Positions 1 through 11,635 are shown, numbered from the stretch's first letter. The stretch: DNA of 64,000 bases from Octopus sinensis (GCF_006345805.1 NC_043017.1:12772001-12836000); one strand, 5' to 3'. The notes: generated by a model not told the origin, from the letters alone. Program-made: numbers and translations.

Positions 1-385
1 GAGCACAAGGTAGTCCTCAGACCTGCTGGATCCTATCAAACCACCCAACCCATGCCAGCATTAGGAAGGAATTGCAGCTGTAAAAAACCTATGCCAAAAG
101 AGACAGTAGGGCTCGGAGCAGTCCCCTGGTTTGCCAGCCCCTGTGAAACTGTCCAGCCTATGCCACCATGGAAGATGGACATTAAATGATGATGATGATG
201 ATAAATTAAAAACAAAATACTGAAGATGTACAGAAAACAGATTCTATCACATGCTGGGGGAAGAACTAGAAGTAGTTGACAGCTTCCATTACCTAAGTGA
301 CCAATTAGTAGTGGGAGTGGATGCTCTGAGAGCATAGCTGCTAGAATAAGAATGGCCCGAGCAAAGTTCAGAGAGCTCCTATTTT
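1..385 (+). mobile_element. RTE-clade LINE fragments (3' UTR with (GAT)n tail at ~60-200; RT fragment at ~225-385)
   Basis: Tail ...catggaagatggacattaaa(tga)n; decayed translation KLEVVDSFHYL..SGCSESIAARIRMARAKFRELL is typical of RTE ORF2. Confidence 0.7.
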
Positions 386-488
386 TAATTTATATTTGAT
401 ATAATACTCTCTCACCTCTACCAATATCTGGCATATACAGATGCTTACACTTATCAAGTATTCACTCTAAATTTACAGTACCTACTTG

Positions 489-519
<31 letters not shown>

Positions 520-613
520 TAATCCAAACAAGAAAACAAAAAAACACAACAACGCAAGGATGTGGAACAAATAAAGTATTATTGGACGCTCAGGAAAGAA
601 GGGAAGAAGGAGG

Positions 614-648
614 GTTTAACGTTTCGAGCGGAGCTCTTCGTCGGAAAC
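614..648 (-). ncRNA. Minimal type I hammerhead ribozyme motif (U4C variant) in a small TA-flanked element
   Basis: Minus strand GUUU-CCGACGA-A-GAGC(UCC)GCUC-GAAAC-GU-U-AAAC: stem I GUUU/AAAC, stem II GAGC/GCUC, palindromic short stem III ACGU, as in Penelope-type minimal hammerheads. Confidence 0.65.
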
Positions 649-1121
649 ATAGAAGGAAAGATCCCGAGAAGGGAAGACAGAGGAAAAAAAATCGCCGATA
701 TATATATATAAATGAGTAGTATAAGATATGGATTCAGAGAATCAGGAGACTATCATAGAAAAACAATCCCCAAAAATAATCTTTATCTCCAACTTTGCTT
801 GGATGTTGTATCTGGACAAAGAATACTACATTATCCATCTTGAGAGGACTTCTCATATGGTCTTATGATACATAAAAGTACTCATATTTACATCATTGAC
901 AGACAAGAGCTACAACCACGAAAACTATCAGATCCCGTGATTTCATCTTGTTTTGAACTCCTCAGTGACAGATATCCTGTGTGCTTGAATGTTTGTTTGC
1001 CTGCAATGTAAAACAAATGCCTTCTTCTATACAACAGTATATCTTCACTTACAATTTGCCATGAAATAATGTCCAACCATCGAGCTCTTTGTTGTCTGAA
1101 GATCAATAGGATATAGTTCTT

Positions 1122-1457
1122 GGCATAGGAGTGGCTGTGTGGTAAGTAGCTTGCTTACCAACCACATGATTCTGAGTTCAGTCCCACTTTGTGACACCTT
1201 GGGCAAGTGTCTTTGGTAGATGGAAACTGAAAGAAGCGCGTCGTATATATGTATATACATATGTGTGTGTGTATACGTTTGTGTGTCTGTGACAACCGAT
1301 GCTGGTGTGTTTACGTCCCCGTAACTTAGCGGTTCGGCAAAAGAGGTCGATAGAATAAGTACTAGGCTTACAAAGAACAAGTTCTGGGGTTGATTTGTTC
1401 GACTAAAGGCGGTGCTCCAGCATGGCTGCAGTCAAGTGACAGAAACGAATAAAAGAA
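1122..1457 (+). mobile_element. tRNA-derived SINE, family A (internally deleted)
   Basis: Pol III box A TGGCTGTGTGG and box B-like GAGTTCAGTCCC, central (TA/TG)n, shared 3' block ggcggtgctccagcatgg; about 20 related copies in the window. Confidence 0.8.
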
Positions 1458-1559
1458 AATGTCATACATAGAAAAAGGAAAAGTTGATAGTGACTGCAAA
1501 ATTGCATCCAGCAGAAACCTTAAAGTCATTATCAATCATGCCTTTGAAAAATTGATGTG

Positions 1560-2046
1560 TTTACGTGTCACATACGTAGTGAATGGTTTCCACATAATGT
1601 GCGAATGTTTACATAAATAATGAGCAAAACGCCCCCTCCCCAATCCGATGGACGGTGCTGAGTTGTCAAACATTTAAACTAAATTTTCTCAAAACAACTT
1701 GTCTGACCATCCCATAGGCCTCCCCTTTGAGAAACACTGATTTAACCTAAATTTGTGACGCCAAACAGGCCGGCTATTTTTTGCCCAAACTGCACGTGCA
1801 TTTTTCTCACATACGCATAGTATCCATCGCAACAGCTGATGTACTTGCACGTACAAATGCACGTTCCCACGGCTTTAACGATCGCATTCTCACATGGAGT
1901 CGATTATTGTAATTTTTTCAAGACTTATACAAGCCCTGATACCGTCGGTGTCTACATATCATATTTGAGCACAATCGGATGGAGGATGCCCAAGATCCTA
2001 GAAGACACATACACAGACAGACAGAACGGATTTTATATAATAGATT
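1560..2046 (+). mobile_element. Helitron/Helentron-like (DINE/HINE-type) non-autonomous element, 5' end uncertain
   Basis: 3' end has (ACAG)n followed by TTTTATATAATAGATT, the same architecture as the 51883-52190 element; CpG-rich interior. Confidence 0.45.
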
Positions 2047-2215
2047 ACACAAACAACAAACACATTAATGTGTGTGTTTATGTGTGTGTGTATATGTGTG
2101 TGTGTGTGTGAGCGCATGTATTTGCACGTGTGTCACCAGATGGAGCTACGTGTATAAATCGTTGCCAGTATTGACGTTGGTGTCAAAGACTTTGTTGTTA
2201 TTTGGCTTCTTGGGA

Positions 2216-2414
2216 TTAAGTCTCCATATGTGTCATAGTAAGAGTCTGCATTGTCCAATATGCAGACATATGTATATATATATACAAACATACATACATA
2301 CATATATAGATAGATAGATATACGTATACATATATATACACATATTTATATATATACAAACATACATAGATACATATATACATATATAGATAGATATACT
2401 TATACATATATATA

Positions 2415-2448
<34 letters not shown>

Positions 2449-2475
2449 CATGCATACATATATATATACATATAC

Positions 2476-2533
<58 letters not shown>

Positions 2534-2899
2534 TATATACATACATATACATACATTATATATATTATATATATACATGCTCACACACGCACACAATAGG
2601 AAATAGACAATTACAACATAAACACAGACAGACGCTTACCCACACACACTCATACACACACATAGTCTGATGTAAGCTGTGTGTAAACTCACACACCCAC
2701 GTGCAGTTTTTCCATTTAACTGTTTGTTCTTTTAGTATTGATTAGGCTTTTGCTCTTACAAAAACCTCACATTTATTTTCTTTGTTTCTTTCACACACAC
2801 ACACACACACCCATACATACATATTATATATATATATATATATAACGCACATTCATACATACATACATACATACGTACATACATACATACATATATATA

Positions 2900-2936
<37 letters not shown>

Positions 2937-3290
2937 GTTTGTATGTTTGTATGTATGCATGCATGCATGCATGTATGTATGTATGTATGTATGTATGTAT
3001 GTATGCATGCATGTATGTATGTATGTATGCATGTATGTATGTATGCATGAATGTGTGTATATATATATATATATATATGTATGTATGCATATGTGTGTAT
3101 GTATGTATGTATGTATGCATGCATGTATGTATGTATGTATGTATGTATGCATGTATGTATGTATGTATGTATGCATGTATGTATGTATGTATGTCTGTGT
3201 GTATGTATGTATGTATGTATGTATGCATGCATGTATGTATGTATGTATGTATGTATGTATGCATGCATGCATGTATGTATGTATGTAGTA
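2216..3290. repeat. Compound microsatellite field (TA, TATG/TACA, GA, CA)
   Basis: Directly visible; accounts for the spurious IHTY/YVCM ORFs. Confidence 0.95.
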
Positions 3291-3579
3291 GAATTTATTT
3301 GCCAACATAATGTGGCAGTCCTGACTCGGACTGTCACTACTTTTTAACCCCAGGAAAACATCTTCCTCAGTACTGGACATCCACCTGGCTAGTGAAATAA
3401 CCCAGGAACCATTGGTCTGTTGATGCTACCAACAGCTAGAAAGGAGCAGTGAGACCCCTCGCTTATGGTACGTCTCAGACACAGATAATGTGTCGATAAA
3501 CCAGCTGGAAAAGATGCTTTCCTGAGGTTAAAAATCCTAGTCAGGACTGCCACGTTATGTTGGCAAATAAACTTTACTA
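3286..3579. mobile_element. MITE with long imperfect terminal inverted repeats
   Basis: Left tagtagaatttatttgccaacataatgtggcagtcctgact...ttttaaccccaggaaaacatctt mirrors right aagatgctttcctgaggttaaaaa..agtcaggactgccacgttatgttggcaaataaactttacta. Confidence 0.75.
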
Positions 3580-3789
3580 TCCAATACTGTTACTACATGG
3601 ATCTAAATCAGAGATTTAAAACTAGTTGTTTTTCTCCTTATACGCGAGGATGCTAAGTTAAAGCACCCAGTATCAGGTCTGATCAATTCACATCTGCTGG
3701 ACAACTGAACTCCACAAAAGTTCATGATCTTTGCTCCTTGTCCTGTAACATGACAGCCGGCCTATTGTGCTTACACCAGGTTGATGTTT

Positions 3790-4086
3790 TTTATCAGATG
3801 CCAGCGCCGCCTTGACTGGCTTCTGTGCCGGTGGCACGTAAAAAGCACCAACTGATCGTGGCCACTGCCAGCCTCCCCCCAGGCACCTGTGCCGGTGGCA
3901 CGTAAAAAGCACCCACTACACTCACGGAGTGGTTGGCGTTAGGAAGGGCATCCAGCTGTAGAAACACTGCCAGATCAGACTGGAGCCTGGTGCAGTCTCC
4001 TGGCTTCCCAGACAACGGTTGAACTGTCCAACCCATGCTAGCACGGAAAACGGACGTTAAACGATGATGATGATGATGATGATGAT
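3790..4086 (+). mobile_element. RTE LINE 3' end (or RTE-tailed SINE) with two ~63-bp internal repeats and (GAT)n tail
   Basis: gtggttggcgttaggaagggcatccagc...catgctagca..cggacgttaaacgatgatgat. Same family at 18255-18470(-), 20099-20200(-), 21543-22090(-), 27561-27735(+), 31060-31300(+), 33987-34262(-), 54660-54910(-), 59241-59437(+). Confidence 0.8.
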
Positions 4087-4213
4087 TCCTAATTTTGAAA
4101 GATGTAGCCACATTCTTGTTGTGCTGTCACTTCGTATGACCAAGTAATATCTTAACCATCATTATTTTCCTTGTATTTGTGTTTGCTAAAGACTGATCCA
4201 ATTTGTATTGCAG

Positions 4214-4402
4214 GATGCTGGTGAGATGGTGCGTTCTTTTGTCGGTGGTTTAGAATTAATTGTGAATCTACTCAAGTCAGACAACATTGAGGTGTTGGCT
4301 AGTGTGTGTGCCGCCATTGCAAACATTGCCAAAGATGAGGAGAACCTAGCTGTCATTACTGACCACAATGTCGTACAGATGTTAGCAAATCTTACAGATA
4401 CA
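4214..4402 (+). CDS. ODAD2: ODAD2/ARMC4 internal coding exon (armadillo repeats), antepenultimate; upstream exons lie outside the window
   Basis: ttgcag acceptor 4211-4213, GTAAGT donor at 4403; 189 nt, phase 0/0; encodes [63 protein letters not shown], which I recognise as near-identical to the vertebrate ARMC4 C-terminal region. Confidence 0.96.
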
Positions 4403-4481
4403 GTAAGTGTTTATTTGGGAGATTTTTTGCTTGTATTTTCATGTGTACATGTACATTTGTACATTGTTTGTTCCTTCTCAA

Positions 4482-4742
4482 GCCATCCCTGGCTCATGAG
4501 GGCTGGTTTTCCAGTTTCATTGGCATATAGGTCCATAACAGGTGAGCTGCAAGATGCAGGAGGAAAGAGTGAGAGAAAGTTGTGGCAAAAGAGTCAGCAG
4601 AAGTTCGCCATTACCTTCTGCCGGAGCTGTGTGGAGCTTAGCTGTTTCGCTCATAAACACACACATCGTCTGGTCTGAGATTCGAACCCGCCATCCCTCG
4701 ACCATGAGTCTGCTGCTCTAACCACTAGGCCATGTGCCTCCA
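4482..4742 (-). mobile_element. tRNA-derived SINE, family C head with tail type iii
   Basis: Minus strand GGAGGCACATGGCCTAGTGGTTAGAGCAGC...GGTTCGAATCTC (boxes A/B), then the family-C core caactttctctcactctttc. Confidence 0.75.
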
Positions 4743-4754
4743 CACATTCATACA

Positions 4755-4866
4755 AACATATATATATATATATATAATATATATATATATATGTACAATA
4801 TATACACAGATTACATATATATATAATATATATAATATATATATAGATATATATATATATACATAG

Positions 4867-4899
<33 letters not shown>

Positions 4900-5240
4900 T
4901 AGAGTAGTAGTTGTGTATATAGATTATATATATGTAGGTAGCTATTATATATATATAATATAATATATATATCTATATATATATTATATATGATATATAT
5001 ATGTATATATAGATATATATATTATGATATATATATATATATATGTATATAGAATATATGTATATAGATGTATATAATATATATGTATATATATAATATG
5101 GATATATTGTATATATATATATAATATAATTATATATATATATAATATATATATAATAGATATATATATATAAACATATCAACAACACCTTTTAATGTAT
5201 ATGCTTCATGTGTGTATATATATACATATACATATATACA
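4755..5240. repeat. (TA)n-rich microsatellite
   Basis: Directly visible. Confidence 0.95.
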
Positions 5241-5724
5241 ACAGGTTTCTTTTAATTTCCATCTACCAAATCTACTCACAAAGCTTTGGTTGATCCAAAG
5301 CTGCAGTAGAAGGCATTTGCCCTGAACCCAGAATCATGTGGTCAGAAAGCAAGCTTCTTATCACACAGCCATTCCTGTGCCTTTATAATAATTTTAAGTG
5401 GACATAATACTTACATCCTCTAGTACTTGGAGAAATTTTTATTATGAAGGCTATCTTCTCTTACAATGGGAAATCTTGTTAATGTCACAAAACTACTTAA
5501 TGGTGATTTAGTGGAAAAGTTAAACCAATGCCTGAGGAAGCAGTCATCTAAGTGGATCACTTGAATTTATATAGACAATCAGGGATTTATTTTTAATGAC
5601 TCCATTGGAAATTGAAAGAATTGTTTGTTGGAATAATAACAATCATCATCATTGTTTTAGAATTCCACTTTTCCACATTTGCATGAGTCAAACCGAATTC
5701 ATTGAGGTAAATTTTTCTATGGCT

Positions 5725-6009
5725 GGATACCCTTCCTGCCACCAACCCTCACCGGTTTCAAAGCAAGTTAATATTTTCTTATGGCTAGACATGTTTTTCA
5801 CATAAAATTAGAAATGCATGGATACCCTTCCTGCCACCAACCCTCACCGGTTTCAAAGCAAGTTAATATTTTCTTGTGGCTAGACATGTTTTTCACATAA
5901 AATTAGAAATGCATGGATACCCTTCCTGCCACCAACCCTCACCGGTTTCAAAGCAAGTTAATATTTTCTTGTGGCTAGACATGTTTTTCACATAAAATTA
6001 GAAATGCAT
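5725..6009. repeat. Tandem repeat, 3 x 95 bp
   Basis: Units start at 5725, 5820 and 5915 (ggatacccttcctgccaccaacc...aattagaaatgcat); one substitution between copies. Confidence 0.92.
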
Positions 6010-6307
6010 GGGGCTCATTTACAACCATTACACAATGTCAAAACAAAGGGACACAAACACACACTCACACACTCACACACACACACACACACATTCATAC
6101 ACACACATACATGATGGACGTCTTTGCTTCCATCTACCAAATCCTTTCACAAGGTTTTAGTCAACCTGGTGCTATAGTAGAAGATATTTGCCCAATGTTC
6201 CATACAGTGAGACTGTGTTGCCCTTGGATAAAAAGGAATTATAATTTTTACCTTTTATTTCCTCTGCACCAACAAAAAGATAGACACCTGATGCTGTTGA
6301 TAAAAAT

Positions 6308-6635
6308 TTTAAAAGACTCCGCCGGTTACGACGACGAGGGTCCCAGCTGATACGATCAACGGAACAGCTTGCTCGTGAAATTAACGTGCAAATGGCTGAG
6401 CATTCCACAGACACGTGTACCCTTAACGTAGTTCTCGGGGATAATCAGCGTGACACAGAGAGTGACAAGGCTGACCCTTTGAAATACAAGTACAACTCAT
6501 TTTTGCCAGCTGAGTGGACTGGAGCAACGTGAAATAAAGTGTCTTGCTCAAGGACACAACGCGTCGCCAGGAATCGAACTCACAACCTTACGATCATGAG
6601 CCGAATGCCCTAACCACTAAGCCACGCGCCCTCAC
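6308..6635 (-). mobile_element. Full-length tRNA-derived SINE, family D, with 10-bp TSD
   Basis: Head GGCGCGTGGCTTAGTGGTTAGGG...GAGTTCGATTCCT, CORE-like gtgtccttgagcaagacactt; TSD tgataaaaat at 6298-6307 and 6636-6645. Confidence 0.85.
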
Positions 6636-7947
6636 TGATAAAAATAAGGCAATAATAATTGCACACATCAGGGTTTGTGAATGCAATTTTAGCTAGGACA
6701 TGATTCAGAATAGAATATAACTTTTAATTTACAACAGTGAAACATAGCAAATCTTTACTTACAGCATCCATAAAGGAAAGTTTGTATAAATGCACTTGTG
6801 TAAATTAATTGGATAATGTGAACAGAAAATGTTCGTTTCAGTAGATTAATCAGTGTTGCAGAGTCAAATCTGAGCTAGCAGGTAAAAGGCCATTAGTACA
6901 GAGAAAAATGAAGTAAACTTACATGTACTTAAACTGGTCTTTTTACTCTTTTACTCTCTTACTTGTTTTAGTCATTTGACTGCGGCCATGCTGGAGCACC
7001 GCCTTTAGTCGAGCAAATATCGACCCCAGCACTTATTCTTAGTAAGCCTAGTACTTATTCTATCGGTCTCTTTTTGTCGCAAACCGCTAAGTTACGGGGA
7101 CGTAAACACACCAGCATCGGTTGTCAAGCGATGTTGGGGGAACAAATACAGACACACAAACATATACACACACATATATACGACGGGCTTCTTTCAGTTT
7201 CCGTCTACCAAATCCACTCACAAGGCTTTGGTCGGCCTGAGGCAATAGAAGACACCATGAGTTTGTGCACGTGCATATGCATGTGTGCATAGGCATGGCT
7301 GTGTGGTAAAGAAGCTTGCTTCCCAGCCACACGGTTCCTGGTTCGGTCCCACTGCATGACACCTTGGGATTAAGTCGATTACATCGACCCCAGTGTGTAA
7401 CTGGTACTTAATTTATCGACTCTAAAAGGATGAAAGGCAAAGTCGACTTCAGCAGAATTTGAACCCAGAACGTAATGGTAGACAAAATACCATTAAGCAT
7501 TTCGCCTGGCATGCGAACGTTTCTGCCAACTTGTCGCATGTCTTTCTGTCTACATCTGTCCCCCGCCACCACCACCACCACCACCACCACCACAACTTGA
7601 CAACGTGTGTTGGTTCATTTACCTCCCCATAATATAGCAGTTCAGCAAAAGAGACCAAGAGAATAAGTACCAGGCATAAAAATTCAAAGTGGTGCCCCAG
7701 CATGGCCAGTTTAATGACTGAAACAAGTAAAAAGGAAAAGATAGAGTGAATGGAATTTTAAAACTTTTTTTGATGGAAGATCTAGAGTCTGGGAGTGTCC
7801 AGAATGTTTGTGTATGTATGTATGTATATGTGTATCTGTATGTGTATTTGCATATATGCATATATGTCTATCTGCATGTTTGCACATGTGCATGGTCAAT
7901 GCATTGTCCCACATTTGCAAGCAGCATTTCAGTGTAGAGAACTCATT

Positions 7948-7993
<46 letters not shown>

Positions 7994-8381
7994 GAGCTAA
8001 AAAATGATGAGGATGGAGAAAGATTTGGGTGAATTTCTCAGACCTCTGACTCTTCTTCCTCTTTCTCCTTTGCTCTCTCATCAGCACCAGTTCTCATTTC
8101 AGGAAGTTAGAATTTGGAACACAGATCTTCATTTCCTAGTTGGAATTAAACCAGTTCTCTTTACTTTTCTTTTTCTTTTGTTCATTTCAATATTTTTATT
8201 TTTGTTTTCTTTCCATTTTTTTCTCATTTGTCATTTTACTCTACCATTTTCTTTCCAAAGAATTTCTTAAAGGAATTGTCTGCCAGTCTGGGATCAATTT
8301 TATGGAATTGTTTCTTTTCCTATGATTTATTTTTCCAACATAATTATTGTCTTTCATTTCCGAAACATTTCTTTCTTCCAG

Positions 8382-8603
8382 ACCAACGACCAACTACGCC
8401 AGAATTTGGCTGAGGCAATTGCACGCTGCTGCAGCTGGGGACACAATAGAGTGTCTTTTGGTAATCACAATGCTGTGGCACCATTAGTGAAATACCTACA
8501 ATCCAGCCAGGAAGATGTCCACCGTTCTACTGCCAGAGCTCTTTACCAATTATCGAAGAATGCCAATAATTGTATCATAATGTACGAAGCTGGAGTTGTC
8601 AAG
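8382..8603 (+). CDS. ODAD2: ODAD2/ARMC4 penultimate coding exon
   Basis: Polypyrimidine tract + ttccag acceptor, AAG|GTAACG donor; 222 nt, phase 0/0; [74 protein letters not shown] continues the ARMC4 alignment. Confidence 0.96.
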
Positions 8604-8859
8604 GTAACGCAATAGCATTTATCATGTTAATCTTAAAAGGAATCCTGTATTTATTGACCTTTATTTTGTATCATATTTTGTGAACAGTCTGAGGGTATCT
8701 TGAATTACTATAAGGCCACCATTTAGCTTTGCTTTAAATATTGCTGCTCTCTTTGGGTTGGTGCCTTCTCTAAGTGTCTTAACTTGCTCGATAGAATTCG
8801 GAATCAATTTGTTAGTGTGGTGGGCCCTTTTTTTTCAACTAAGTTGGAGTCTTTAGCTC

Positions 8860-9258
8860 ATTGTCTGAATGTACTTTCATCGGAGGGAACTTGTGGAAAA
8901 GGGAAACCCAGGAAGACATGAGACAAAGTATTGAAAGCTGGTCTCAAAATGCTGAATCTTACAAAGGAGATGGCAGAGGACTGAGGTATGTGGCACATTG
9001 CTACACTCGAGAAGACATGCCCACCATAACAAAACTGAGGTCCTAAAACCAAGGTGCAACATAAAAATCACTGGTGATGGTGCCATGTAAAAAGCACCCA
9101 GTATACACTGGTATTAGGAAGGGCATCCAGCTGTAGAACCCAAGCCAAAACAGACTATGGTTTGGTCCTTGGCCTTGCCAGTTCCTATCAAGTTGTCTAG
9201 TTCACGTCAGCATGGAAAATGGATGTCAAACATTGAAGATGATGATGATGATGATGAT
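8860..9258 (+). mobile_element. RTE LINE 3' end (ORF2 C-terminus + 3' UTR + (GAT)n tail)
   Basis: Decayed frame EGTCGKGKPRKT*DKVLKAGLKMLNLTKEMAED*GMWHIA, followed by the UTR and gatgatgat tail. Confidence 0.8.
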
Positions 9259-10545
9259 TTCCATGGTCATTGCTCTAGTGGACTTTCTGGTCTATTATCC
9301 TCTGTCACCTGCTTACCTTCTCAGGTGCATCATTTCCCTGTTGAGCTTCCTGTTAGTCATAAGTCCGTCTATTCTTTCCCCCTTTCCTTGAACTGCTGCT
9401 CTCTAGAACTCATAACCATCATCTTGTTCTTTCTACTAAGATGGGAGTCTTTGGCTCATCATCAAAATCTTTTATTGTTGCGTCTTTTCTATAAGTATTC
9501 CCGTAGTCGGCAAAAAAAGGTGGGGATTGGAAGGACCACACCATAGTCTGTTTTGGTTTGGGTTCTACAGCTGGATGCCCTTCCTAATACCAGGGTATAC
9601 TGGGTGCTTTTTACATGGCACCATCACCAGTGATTTTTATGTTGCACCTTAGTTTTAGGACCCTTGATTATGTTTCTTTAGACTAGAGGATCTCACCTTT
9701 TAGTGGCTTAGTGCTCCCTTTTTACACCATGGTGGTATTATGCAAACACTCTCCATGTTTTTGTTTTGTCATGGTTTGCAAAATAATAAAAAGGACGAAA
9801 ACAAAGGAAATTAATTGATTAATTAACAACAGAATCAATTTGTTAGTGTGGTGGACCCTCTGATGAACCTTGTTTCAGTACCCTCTGTCCAGACATAATC
9901 AGGGGTGAAAAGGCAGCTCTCCCAAACCCGACCTTTTTTTGCAACAACTTTGTCAGGGTTTTCAGTAATTGTCTGACTTGCAAACAAAGTGGACACTCTG
10001 CTAAAGACAACAGAGTTATACTGTTATTGTTATAGTTATGACCAACGTTGATGTTGACATCGCTCATCTTTATGTTTTTGGTCTGAACATGTGACAGGAA
10101 GTGGAGGGTAATGTCTTGTAAATTGTTCCAGTTGTTTTTGTTTAATTATTGGAATGTTTCTGTCTAACTGGACTTTAGGCGAGAATCCACTATTTCTAGA
10201 GCAAAGCCACAAATTAAAAATCAAATTCCACACTAAACACTACTTCACTTGCTCTACATTGTATGGTTAGCTGTTTGCAGCAGAGAGGCAGGACGAAAGA
10301 GAGAGAGAGAGAGAGAGAATGTGAGGGAGGGATTGTAAAGAAAACGTGACAGCAGGGAGAGGAAAGGGAGAGAGAAAAAAGGTAAAAGAGAGAGGAAGAA
10401 GGAAGGATCATAAATAAAGATTAATGGTAGAGAGAGAAACAGAAGAGAAAAGGCAACATAATAATACTAATAATATTGAGACAGACAGTAGGAATGGAAG
10501 TGTTGTCATGGGAAGATGGCAATTATGGACTGCATTTTAAATACT

Positions 10546-10798
10546 GGGCTGGCTGACTGAATACTTTCCATGAAGTTTGGTATTTGCAGCTATTGATACC
10601 AGAATATTGCTTTCTTTGAGATGACCCTAAGTGCTCCTTTCACAATAGGTACCACACTCACTTTTCAGGCTTTATGGATTCTTTTCACATCCTATCCTGG
10701 ATCTCAATACTTTCTAACTTTCTCATCCTGTCTTCAGAATATTCTGATCTGCAGGTTTAGCAACATCAACAGATGGTCCATTCTTTGAACTTCTTCAG
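10546..10798 (-). mobile_element. Decayed R4/Dong-like (restriction-like endonuclease) LINE remnant
   Basis: Frameshifted translation VDVAKPADQNILK..DEKVRKY..VKRIH..KVSVVPIVKGALRVISKK resembles the RLE domain consensus (DVAxP...EKxxKY...VPIVIGALG). Confidence 0.5.
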
Positions 10799-10961
10799 TA
10801 GGAGGGTGATATCTGGTCAGTTATTACTCTTTTACTCTATTTTGAGTTCAAACTCTGCCATGGCCAACTTTGCTTTTCATCCTTCCAGGGTCAAAATAAT
10901 TTTGAGCAAAGTCAAGATTTCTGGCCTTGTGCCAAAATTAGAAAAAAATATTTTCATCATA

Positions 10962-11140
10962 GGCGCAGGAGTGGCTGTGTGGTAAGTAGCTTGCTAACCA
11001 ACCACATGGTTCCGGGTTCAGTCCCACTGCGTGGCATCTTGGGCAAGTGTCTTCTGCTATAGCCCCGGGCCGACCAATGCCTTGTGAGTGGATTTGGTAG
11101 ACGGAAACTGAAAGAAGCCTGTCGTATATATGTATGTATG

Positions 11141-11171
<31 letters not shown>

Positions 11172-11388
11172 ATGTGTGTTTGTGTGTCTGTGTTTGTGCC
11201 CCTAGCATTGCTTGACAACCGATGCTGGTGTGTCTACGTCCCCGCCACTTAGCGGTTCGGCAAAAGAGACCGATAGAATAAGTACTGGGCTTACAAAGAA
11301 TAAGTTCCGGGGTCGATTTGATCGACTAAAGGCGGTGCTCCAGCATGGCCGCAGTCAAATGACTGAAACAAGTAAAAGAGTAAAGAGA
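10962..11388 (+). mobile_element. Full-length SINE family A just upstream of the last ODAD2 exon
   Basis: GGCGCAGGAGTGGCTGTGTGG head, GGTTCAGTCCC box B, central microsatellite, (gtaaaaga) tail. Confidence 0.88.
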
Positions 11389-11449
11389 GTATCTAATTCC
11401 ATCAATTTCTATTTCTTTCTCTTTTCATATTTTGTGTCTGCCGCGCCAG

Positions 11450-11560
11450 CCACTTATGAAGATGGTCGGAACCACAGATATCAGTTTACAGGAAGCTGCT
11501 GCTGGTTGTATCGGTAACATACGTTGCCTGGCTCGCACAAATGCAAACTGGTCAAGCTGA
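11450..11560 (+). CDS. ODAD2: ODAD2/ARMC4 terminal coding exon (with TGA stop)
   Basis: ccag acceptor at 11446-11449; PLMKMVGTTDISLQEAAAGCIGNIRCLARTNANWSS*, matching the ARMC4 C-terminal LQEAAAGCIxNIR motif. Not in the supplied ORF track in this frame. Confidence 0.93.
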   Translation, partial: PLMKMVGTTDISLQEAAAGCIGNIRCLARTNANWSS

Positions 11561-11629
11561 GAAACATTGCATCAAAAATGCAGTTCAACAATTTCATTTC
11601 TTTTTACATGTTAACTTGAAAATTAAGCA

Positions 11630-11635
11630 AATAAA
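11630..11635 (+). promoter_or_regulatory. Candidate polyadenylation signal of ODAD2
   Basis: AATAAA 70 nt after the stop codon, followed by U-rich sequence. Confidence 0.55.

Noticed and set aside
760-1090. Possible Tc1 transposase remnant
   Set aside because: Only a vague SPDxxNP-like resemblance across multiple stops and frameshifts; cannot be supported by eye
2216-3380. Long IHTY/YVCM ORFs (also 4973-5188, 41291-41550, 56352-56990, 61626-62415, 62903-63345)
   Set aside because: Translations of microsatellites
1-4213. An additional upstream ODAD2 exon
   Set aside because: Looked for the expected WSLLKN...AAWALCPCIxNAK coding sequence and did not find it; it presumably lies upstream of the window
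6560-6635. tRNA genes at tRNA-like heads (also 31343, 34652, 56100, 10962)
   Set aside because: Boxes A/B are present but they run into SINE bodies with tails and TSDs; no complete cloverleaf or Pol III terminator
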